Assembly (NCBI RefSeq): GCF_006345805.1
Contig: NC_043006.1
Span: 62,186,001-62,250,000 of the forward strand
DNA from: Octopus sinensis
Lineage: Eukaryota
Direction of reading: 5' to 3'
DNA: 64,000 nt
The translations under genes were made by a program, and so were the position numbers. The notes beneath the pieces are model-generated. The model was not told the DNA's origin. It saw nothing but the letters and a program-made list of their open reading frames with translations, and did not search any database. Positions 54,001 through 64,000 of the stretch are shown here, one piece after another. Numbering within the stretch: the stretch's first letter is position 1; the number at the start of each line of letters is the position of its first letter.

Positions 54001-54905
54001 TACATAAATACATGCTAAATGTTCTTTAGAACTTTCCTTTCTTATTGGTAAGACCATACGGGAGCAACTTCTAGCATAATGGATATCAACTTACTGGTCA
54101 TCCCGCGTGTATGTATGTATACATACATATATGTGTACACACATACATATATATTTGCACACACAGATATATATCCCAATATGTCTATAGCTATATGTAT
54201 ATATAGTTCTTAGGTTGCGGAAATTCATTCTAAATCATATAACCAAGCATAAATATATTAATACCTTGCTTTGACGTAAATTCATATAGCGTTTAGTGAA
54301 GTAGCTCAGCTTCAGTGATTGTTTGCTTTATACGTCCTGAACTTTAAGGAGAATAGTGAAGTCGATTTTCTCTGTAGTATTTCCATTATAAAAAGTGGTA
54401 TTTCATCACGTAGTTACCTACAATCTCAACTCACTCCTCTATTATATATAGTGAAACAGATGTATCAAACTGATAATTTCATAATATCCCAATTTCAGTA
54501 AGATATACTGACCAAGTTTTTTTAATTGTTATTAGGCATTATTAAAGAGTATATCAATTGGATGCTACCAAAAATTAGAGGAGTATATTTTATGTAATGT
54601 GACGCTGTTTTATATCACATTTGGAACATCAATACTGAAGCATTTTGAGAAATAATTGTACTGCTAAAATTTTACGTAGCAATGAATGGTTTCGGGGTAC
54701 GATATTTGATAGATGATAGGGTAGCTAGAAACAGTGTGCATACTATACGTCATAATATTCCCTCAATGTTTGAGCTTGCATGTTTGTTTCCTTTATTAAT
54801 CGTGTCAAATATTATCACAAGTGATATAGATAGATAAATAGATAATAGATAGATACGGGCATACATATATACATACATACATACATACATACATACATAC
54901 ATACA

Positions 54906-55428
54906 TTGAGCCATACCATATATAAGGTGTTTTTTTACGTCGAGCTCGAGGAGGACGTCCTGTAGAGCTCGACCAGGACGCCCTGCAAACCCTGCTGGAA
55001 TACAATCCCATTGTAACTGCAGAGGAACGAGCAAAGAGGCTTGGATTTGGTCATTCAATCATTCATCGACACCATACAGTGAGGATGAAATTTCAAACGC
55101 TGGAACAGTTTGAATGGGAAACGATGCCTCACCCACCAGATTTGGCGTACATTTCCCCATCTGATTATCATTTATTTCGCAGCCTTCAAAATCATTTCGA
55201 CGAAAATACATGAATTCTGTAGACGATGTCAGAACAGTACTGGGGGAGTATATTTCTTCAAGGACAAATGAATTTTGTTAGAGGGGCCTTACAAGTCTAC
55301 GAGATAGATGGAAAAGCATTGCAGAAAATGAAGGAGAGTATATTTTAAATTAAAAATATATCTTTATTTGTCTTAATATTGAAAATAAAACGAGTATTAA
55401 AAAACGCATTATTAATGAGATAACTCAA
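54906..55428 (+). mobile_element. Internally deleted mariner element
   Basis: Degenerate TIRs TTGAG...GTTTTTT / AAAAAACGCATT...CTCAA; RGGRPVELDQDAL and WETMPHPP...SPSDYHLFRSLQNH remnants. Confidence 0.85.
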
Positions 55429-58400
55429 TATGTTTTGAAATATTCATTTAATCTCTATATTTACTTCCATCAAATTAAGATCAACTTAGCAGACTTACTG
55501 TAGGCTTAGATCCCACAATAAAGCCTAGAAAATATAACTGATATAGCATCAACGATTAATATATTTTTAACTGATGTTATCCACCCGTTTCTAGAAGCAT
55601 GTGTGTAATGAAATCGATAAGGTCTAGGATGCAGTATATTAGTTACCACTAGAACGTTCTCTTTAACTACAGAATTTCCATAAAAAATGTAGGAGGACAT
55701 ATATGTATACCACATTCCTGCCACAGTTTGAGCCCTGAACTGGTTAAATATCTTAAAGATTCTTGGTTAAATACCTTACAACACATGAGACAAACGAAAT
55801 ACCAGTATTACAATGATGCCATTGGACTGCCGTTACTCTAAACTCACTCAAGTATAAGTTCGTTAGTATAGTAGCAAACAGAGTGCCAAAAGCAAGATGA
55901 GAAATGCCCCCTTCCGAAGAACATGCAATGAACCTTATCAACTATTGCACAAACACTTGCTCACATATTCTTAATGCATATTATAAAATCAAATAAATAC
56001 TAATGGGCTGTGTATATAATTAGTTATTTATATTTGTTTCTATACATCTTGGTGTGTTAATAGTGTTGTAAATCTGTAAAGACATATTAATGTAATAACG
56101 ACGTCCACTCTCTTAAACATACGATGAATAAAGATTATAAAGACAATAAATGCTTAATAGTTATGAATATAATTAGTAATGTATACTTGTTTCCATATAT
56201 AATACATGGGTGCTGTAATGCTGATAAAATAGCTTTTAAGAATTTTAAGGAGATGTATTTTTGTTTCATATCCAAAACGATTATAAGAAGAACATCTTGC
56301 TATATCTTGTTGCATACAATCAATAAATATGAGTATATATGTATGCGTGGCGTTTGTACGCGCGTGTGTGTCCGTGTTTGTGCGTGCGTTTGTGCGTTTG
56401 TGCGTGTGTGTGTGCGTGTGCGTGTGCGTGTGTGTATGTGTGTGTGCTTCTGTGTGTGTGTGCGCACATCTTAATAAACACTTGAATAAGCTTAAGTTCC
56501 TGTTTATAGTTATACGGCTATTGATTTCCTGGAATATTTTTTCCTAGTATTCTGTTTTTTATCTCTACATCTACGTATACTGAAATATGAAAGCGGTAAA
56601 ATTATAAATAACTGTACCGAGAACAATAGCATTGCAATTTATCGTAAAATCTAAATACATACGAGTCGCAACATTGGTTATTGTAAATATCTATTAATTG
56701 TCAATAGAAAATTTCCCGAACTTACATATTGAAAAATCCGTAATACACAAAATTTCAGAAAAAAATAAAGGAAAACAGAATATCCAAAGATATAAGTATG
56801 TATTCTGGATTATGTAGATTAAACTTTGCAGTTCATTTCGACAGTTGTGTAAGTATTCTAGCAATATATTATTTTTGTTACTGAAACTTTCAGAAGATTA
56901 TCGAAATATGCAACTCCTCGATAACTTTATACTATACACAATGATTTTTCTGAAAGTTATATGCATACTTTACAAATATCTTCTATTTTGCGGCAATTCC
57001 GAATATGAAAACTAGGAAACTAAAATATATATTTGGGTGATGTTTTAATGTACTTTTGGACAGTTCAATAATAAACAATTATTTTCTGCAAATACGCATA
57101 AAGAATCTTTTAATCATATGAACGATGTACAGCAACACAATTCACTTAGAGTTTACTTATAACAACACGATGGAATCTTTGCTGTTCTCTTAGAGGACAT
57201 CCTGAAGGCATGAATGAGCTGGTAACAGTCTTTTTATAAAGGAGGGTAAAACATGCGAGATGCTGAAACAGTTAGACAAGGTAGTTGCATCTCCCAGAAT
57301 GAACCTGAAACCGAAGAAATCCCGAAAACGAAATTAGCGGAAACGGTTGTTTTGACAGCAGCCAACCAATATAGCCCAACAGTTTCAGAGGAACCAATAA
57401 AGATTAGAAAACAGGAGCCAAAACGAAACAAATGACGGTAAAAGGCCTGCAGTTCATTGAGTACAGAAATTCGTACGAGAGTTCTCAATCGCTGTCCTCG
57501 GTAAATTTTGGACGCAGCGCACAAAATACCGGAGGATATAATTTAAAGAATTTTGTTGAACTCTCAAGTGATACTAATCAAACATGACTGTCATTTGAGT
57601 AAAAAGTGTGATAATTTTGAGATCTTAGATCAAAAAGAAATCAGAAAATTGCATCGTAGAAAGAATATAAAATGTACTTTAAAAATCGATATTAGAAAGT
57701 TATGTCTGAAATTATCCGGAAGATGAAGAGTAATTTTATTTTGATACATAAAAGGTTACTGTGCCTACGTCGTAGTATTCAATTAATGATTTTTAAAAAA
57801 CTGAGAGTAAAATAATGACATTTGTCGAACAAGTAATCGCATTTGTTGGAAATGTTCTAAGTACAAGATATAAGATATATGCAGATTATTTAAAATGAAT
57901 ATCAGTACGCCAATTGCGGGGCAAGATATATGAGGATATAAGGAATATCAGGAGGACAGGCAATATTCCAAATAAATTACATACAAACTAGTACATTCCT
58001 TCATAGATTGTCAAAAAAGTTTGCGATACAATGATAAGAGGTACAATGAACAACAGCTCAGCAAAAAAAAAAAAAAAATAGTAAGTGGTTCCGAAAACAT
58101 TCAAAATATTCTCAATTAAGCTGCGAATGTAATATTGTGAAAGAACGAGGATCATATGCAGTGACATAGGAGGTATAAAGGAAAGGTTGCGTAAATAATT
58201 AACGCATCTCAAAGCTGAAGTACGAGCAAGTGGCAAAAAGTAGAGAAATTTATATATCTCATGCGTGATATCAGAACGACGCTTTCTTATTTTAGAATAA
58301 CGCAGGAACAATAAAACAACGGAAGTGATTTACGTTTCTAGGAAAACCTCTCTATGTCTACAAACACTGGAGCCTTCTTCTTTTCTCTTTAAATATTATG

Positions 58401-58458
58401 CAAAATGGAAATGGATATGTCATGCGTATATCAGTTCGTGGCTATTAGTGCATTTGCA

Positions 58459-58493
<35 letters not shown>

Positions 58494-58506
58494 TATATAT
58501 GTATAC

Positions 58507-58719
58507 ACTTTTTACTCTTTTACTTGTTTCAGTCATTTGACTGCGGCCATGCTGGAGCACCGCCTTTAGTCGAGCAAATCGACCCCGGACTTATTCTTGT
58601 AAGCCCAGTACTTATTCTATCGGTCTCTTTTTGCCGAACCGCTAAGTGACGGGGACGTAAACACACCAGCATCGGTTGTCAAGCAATGCTAGGGAGAAAA
58701 CACAGACACACAAACACAT

Positions 58720-58756
<37 letters not shown>

Positions 58757-58934
58757 ATATATACATATATACGACAGGCTTCTTTCAGTGTTCCGTCTAC
58801 CAAATAAACTCAAAGGCATTGGTCGGCCCGGGGCTATAGCAGAAGACACTTGCCCAAGATACCACGCAGTGGAACTGAACCCGGAACCATGTGGTTGGTT
58901 AGCAAGCTACTTACCACACAGCCACTCCTGTGCC
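58507..58934 (-). mobile_element. tRNA-derived CORE-like SINE, full length
   Basis: Highly similar to 27905-28304. Confidence 0.9.
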
Positions 58935-58950
58935 TGTATATATTAATATA

Positions 58951-58988
<38 letters not shown>

Positions 58989-58993
<5 letters not shown>

Positions 58994-59460
58994 TATTATA
59001 AAAGGGAGATTTATCTGCCTCCCTTTGGGAGTTATACAAATCTACAATATAGGATTTCTTCAATTACAATTTACCTAGCATTTTTGAGAGTACAATGCAT
59101 CGCGTCATGCCAGGTCCAGTTTTTAAAATTTAAACTCCAATTAAGCAAAATTTACAGAAAACTCACATTCTGGTGTGTGGTGTCAAATGCTTTTCTTAGT
59201 CTGGTTTACACCACACGCAAACGCACACACACAGTGGGCAACGAATAAAATGAAAGTAATTGACTTACTGTAGTGAGTGATTCTTTCACTCTGCCTCCCA
59301 CTTCCCCTTTCCACAAATAGACACGCAAATATATAAATAAAATTGTAAGCTAACGTGCGTGTGTGTGAGTGTGTGTGTGTGTGTGTGCGCACGTGTGTGT
59401 GTGTGTGAGGGTGAGTGTGCGTGTACGTGAGTGTGTGACAGGAAAGTTTTTTACGAAGAA
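58989..59460 (+). mobile_element. Non-autonomous Helitron-like repeat, 5' part
   Basis: Second copy of the 50770 family; right end approximate. Confidence 0.55.
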
Positions 59461-59487
59461 TATAAGACCTATATCCAAGTAGCAGAA

Positions 59488-59756
59488 AGATAAGACAGTA
59501 AGGTGTGATTTGAGGGAGATTTGGCTGCTATTTCTACCATGTCTAGCTGCCATGTAGGGGTCTCCCTCATAGGCTCATACATACATATATACATAGATAA
59601 GACAGTAAGGTGTGATTTGGGGGAAATTTGGCTGCTATTTCTACCAGGTCTAGCTACCATGTAGAGGTCCCCCTCATTGGCTCATATATATATATACATA
59701 CATAACACAGTAAGGTGTGATTTGAGGGAGATTTGGCTGCTGTTTCTACCAGGTCT
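59488..59756 (+). repeat. Tandem array of ~2.5 copies of a ~107 bp unit
   Basis: ACAGTAAGGTGTGATTTG.GGGA.ATTTGGCTGCT.TTTCTACCA.GTCT in units starting ~59488, ~59595 and ~59702. Confidence 0.9.
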
Positions 59757-60115
59757 GTTAGGCCTTCTCATGTAAACTCAAGCTTTCTCATGCCTTGAAA
59801 ATAAGACCAAAGCAGAGAATGTATTCTTTTATTCTTCTGCTTTTTCCAGCCCATTGGTCTGTGGCCATGCTGGGGCAATGCCTTGAAGAATTGTAGTTTA
59901 ATGAATCAACTCCACTTTTATTTTTGTAAGCATTGTACTTATTCTATCTGTTTCCTTTGTCAAACCACTAGGTGACAGGGATGTAAACAAACCAACATTC
60001 GTTGTCAAGCAGTGGTGGAGGACATCACAAGCACAGACACGCACACACACTACATGCATACACATATACACACATACATACATACATACATATATATATA
60101 TGTGTGTATATTATA

Positions 60116-60372
60116 TTGCAGCGTGGAAGGTGTTTATAAGCCATTTAAGAAACACACAAAAACCGTTAGATTCACTTCAACATTTAAATTTAATTTCAAA
60201 ATATTTTCGTCGCTTTGAGACCGCGACCTGTTCACTGACAAAAATATCGTGCTAACAGGTCGCGGTCTCAAAGCGACGAAAATATTTTGACAAATTAAAT
60301 TTAAATTTTGAAGTGAATCTAACGGTTTTTGTGTGTTTCTTAAATGGCTTATAAACACCTTCAACGCTGCAA
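60116..60372. repeat. Near-perfect inverted repeat (arms 60116-60232 and 60254-60372, 21 nt spacer)
   Basis: TTGCAGCGT.GAAGGTGTTTATAAGCC...CGCGACCTGTT / AACAGGTCGCG...GGCTTATAAACACCTTC.ACGCTGCAA. Confidence 0.95.
60194..60242 (-). ncRNA. Hammerhead-like motif with G3-C8 core variant
   Basis: TTTGTCA-GTGAACA-G-GTCGC-GGTCTCAAA-GCGAC-GAAA-ATAT-TT-TGAAA; the right arm supplies TGACAAA as the full stem I partner. Confidence 0.65.
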
Positions 60373-60532
60373 CTGTTTTCGTTCCAGCACACGATCTCAG
60401 ATCAAGTCACTTGCTATGCAAGTACATCTCTGTAACTATATATATATTATATATATATATATATGTATATTGGTAAAAACGTAAGATAACAAAAGAAAGA
60501 AAGAGACCTCAATATTATGTAAATAGAGGAAA

Positions 60533-60909
60533 TCTTTATATATAAAAGTGAGGTTGTGTGTCTGTCTCCTACGATTTAGATTCCTAACTACTCCCACATT
60601 TTGCGGTGCAGTTTAACCAAAACCGGGTATCTTATAGTCGTGATTCATATCGAGACCGTCTACGATGAGTCTACGATTTAAAAAAAAATTTACCATCAAT
60701 TTTTCCATTTTTAATCCATTTTTGACATATAAGGGGAAGAGTAACTCTCTAAAATTTATTATTAAATCTCAGAACGTAAAAAGCTACAGTAACACCTCTC
60801 CCCCTTTGTGGTTAGCCATATTGAGATGGCTATTATACTTTACATCTCTAAAAATGCTTATATAATTATTTCCCTTACAAACCCGAGCAACGCCGGGCGA
60901 TACTGCTAG
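60533..60909 (+). mobile_element. Non-autonomous Helitron, complete
   Basis: A|TC start, CCCGAGCAACGCCGGG hairpin, CTAG|T end; same family as 51981-52376. Confidence 0.9.
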
Positions 60910-61018
60910 TATATATATAAAGTTAATCCAAACATGAAATCACAAAAAACACAACAACGCAAGGACGCGGAACAAATATAGTGTTATTGGACGCTCAGGA
61001 AAGAAGGAAAGAAGGAGG

Positions 61019-61053
61019 GTTTAACGTTTCGAGCGGAGCTCTTCGTCGGAAAC
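61019..61053 (-). ncRNA. Minimal hammerhead-like motif in Penelope-like repeat remnant (~60920-61105)
   Basis: GTTT-CCGACGA-A-GAGC-TCC-GCTC-GAAA-CG-TT-AAAC. Confidence 0.65.
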
Positions 61054-61221
61054 ATAGGAGAAGGAAAGATCCAGAGAAAGGAAGATAGAGGAAAAAAATA
61101 GCTGTTGTTCATTGTACCTCTTATCATTGTATCGCAAATGTTTTTGACAATCTATGAAGGAATGTAATATTTAGTATTTATTTATATATATATATATATA
61201 TGCATACATACATATGTGTGT

Positions 61222-61252
<31 letters not shown>

Positions 61253-63697
61253 CGTGCGTGAAGGTTAGAATTGTGTGTGTCATTGTATGTGTGATGTGTG
61301 AGTGCATGTAGAGAAGCTCAGAAAATATGGATAATGATAGTTGCTAAGATTTCTATAAAAAATGAACAGAAATGTGGAAACAATCGTAAGTCTTACGATA
61401 ATAGTTCTAATGCATTAGATTGTATATTTAAGAAGTGATAATTCGAATGTAAATTCGTGTACAAAACGTGTGTTTGTGTGACTATATATCTTTGCGTTGC
61501 TCTAGGCACGCATTGCTTATAAGTGAAAACTGTTTTCACTAAACTCCTGCACCACTTAGCAAATCTAGCAAAGACGAATATGAAGTATCCATTATTTATA
61601 ATAATATATAATTTTATGTACTAAGAAATTTCTTGACGATCTCAATATCATAATGGATTTACACAAGACGCGACACGGTTGACGTATATAGTAAATTACT
61701 GAAAAATTATTCTACTTTACATATTCCCCCACTACCTTACACCCTCATGTACTCTGACTTTATATGCATGTGTGCGGGTGTGTGTGTGTATGAGCATGTG
61801 TAGATGTGTCTGTATGTATGTGTACGTGCACGTTTGCGAGCGAGGAAATTTCTTGCTTTGTTCCCTCCCCACCATGAAAACATGTACATATACATGAATA
61901 TTCTTACACGCATATAGACAATCCAACAAGTAAAGCTATTATGCATATCATTGAAGATTCTCAATGAATGATTGGAAGAGAGGTAAAAAGTGGTTTTGGT
62001 CCGTATGTGTTATGTATATATGTGTACACGTACATACTCACGCACACAAACACACGCGCATACACACATGTATTATAAGTGTTAGTGTATATGTGTATAC
62101 ATATGTATGCGTATGTGAGTGCGTGTATATTTGTGTGTGTGTGTGTGTGTAAACGAGAAAGAGGCTGAGTAGATAGAGAGAGAGAGAGGACACAGGGAAG
62201 ATAAGGAGAAATAAAGAGCGCGAGGTAGAACTGAGATACAAAGAAAGACAAACAAACATGTACTGGAGACAGACCTACAAAAAAAAAATCGAAGTTTGTT
62301 TCTTTTCTTTCTCTTGCTTTTACAGAATCACATTATTCTCTCCGTTCTTTTTCGCTATTTCGTTGCTAAATTGTAACCAATGTCTGATGTGTTACTTACA
62401 GAAATTGCTACTGGTACAAACCTACTTCAAATGATTTTATTGATTGAAGAAGACATAAAAAATAACGAATAAAAATGAAAGTGAATGAGGAATGTACGTT
62501 AGAATGGATAATATAACAATCATCTAACTATATAGGTAACGTAAAGAATATCTTTTCTTTGGAAACTGAATTTAATGTCTCTGCTTGTTTATTCATTATT
62601 TCCATTTAATTCTTCTAAAGATGATATATTCTCAACGTGCTTCTATATTATCAAATCAAAACATTATTCCTTCTATCCGAATCAGTCAAACAACCTTATT
62701 ATTATATAAGAAAACATAGAAGAAAATGTTATTTTACAAGCTCATATAATATGGTTTTTTTATCATCAATATACTTTCGTAGCATTATGAGTATTATTCA
62801 TATTACTGTTGCTGTTGTAGTCGTTCCTATTTGATGTGTATATCAGTGCCCTGACGAATAGTCGTAATAACAATGATTACCTCGATAATAAGAAAATATT
62901 TCAGCGTCACCCCATGGCCCAGGAGTGAGAGAGGACTTTCATCTTTGGATATATTTTCATAGTTTTTCAAATATAAATATAACGAATAATCCTGTCAGAA
63001 TTTAGCTGATTTTTAAATGCTCAACTGAAATGCAGTTATAATGATTGAACAAAGAGAAATAAAATAAAATATCGTCAATAAGAATTTATTGGACTGAAAT
63101 AGAAAAGAAATGGTAAGTTTAAACAATGAAGTATGCATGTTGTTAGCATATTTGCGTGTAAGATAAAACCACTGAATATCGTTCTCCCTCAGATCAAAAC
63201 AACATATTTTTATGGCACAAAGGCATTGTCAAGTGGCTAAACAATATCACTGAGGATATGGAAAGAAATGACAGAGAATTATCTCTGTTTTCAAAAATAT
63301 TAGGTCGGCTTCCTTATGCCTTCTACAAAGATATTAGAGGAAATGCTTGCGGGGTGAATGGCTCACAGATGATGACAGCTTGCAAAGAATTGTGCCGTGT
63401 CTTCAAAAATGTGTCTATAGGGCGTATAAGGGAAGGTAACATAGAAGGTTCAGCGTTGAATACATATATACGAATATTTTGACTAACTCGTGGTAAATAT
63501 AATGACACTCACAGGGCAGACGGTAATCTCATAATTCCCAGGCGAAAAAATAGCTATAATTAGATGCGCATAGATGTACGGGACTTGATAACGCAAACAA
63601 CACCGCCTTCGGTGTATATATCTCACGTTATATGAGCAGGAAAAATTCAATATGTATAAGTATATATATATATGTGTGTGTGTGTGTATGAGTGTGT

Positions 63698-63935
63698 GGA
63701 GGCGCGTGGCTTAGTTGTTAGGGTGCCAGCATCATGATCATAAGATTGTGGTTTCGATTTCTAGACCGGGCGACGCGTTGTGTTCTTGAGCAAAACACTT
63801 CATTTCACGTTGCTCCAGTCCACTCAGCTGGCAAAAATTAGTAACGCTGTGATGAACTGCTGGCGTCCCGTCCAGCTGGAGAACACATATGCCATTGAAA
63901 CCGGCGAAACTGGGCCCATGAGCCTGGCTAAGTTT
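63698..63935 (+). mobile_element. tRNA-derived SINE (third family)
   Basis: GGCGCGTGGCTTAGTTG A-box, GGTTTCGATTTC B-box, TTGTGTTCTTGAGCAAAACACTT core. Confidence 0.75.
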
Positions 63936-63939
63936 TAAA

Positions 63940-63980
<41 letters not shown>

Positions 63981-64000
63981 AGCTAATAGCAGAGGTGAGA

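Noticed and set aside
55506-55941. Hydrophobic minus-strand ORFs resembling a membrane-protein exon
   Set aside because: Interrupted by stops, no convincing splice sites or family motif; needs a BLASTX search
57194-57510. Possible exon after CTCTTAG acceptor
   Set aside because: No continuous open frame to a donor and no recognisable domain
59488-59756. Repeat-spacer appearance suggestive of CRISPR
   Set aside because: Whole units are repeated, the spacers are microsatellite, and there are no cas genes in this eukaryotic context
62848-62890. CTGACGA plus hairpin
   Set aside because: No GAAA after the stem

Overview
AT-rich, gene-free-looking eukaryotic DNA, saturated with microsatellites and transposon remnants. 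The SINE types and (TA)n/(CA)n/(TACA)n density suggest an octopus genome (inference). No host protein-coding gene can be supported; most ORFs in the track are microsatellite translations. Recognisable elements are Penelope-like retroelements (PLEs; RT and GIY-YIG fragments), CR1/L2-group, RTE and L1/Tx1 LINE fragments, mariner/Tc1 elements and MITEs, Helitron RepHel fragments and non-autonomous Helitrons, two tRNA-derived SINE families, and a probable LTR. The most notable signal, folded by eye, is a set of about ten type I hammerhead ribozyme motifs from several unrelated PLE terminal-repeat families. They have palindromic stem III and mostly abut (TA)n tracts, and several lie in divergent inverted pairs. 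The core 3-8 base pair appears in three states: canonical C3-G8, G3-C8 and U3-A8. Coordinates of degenerate repeats are approximate, and family assignments come from motif recognition, not database searches.
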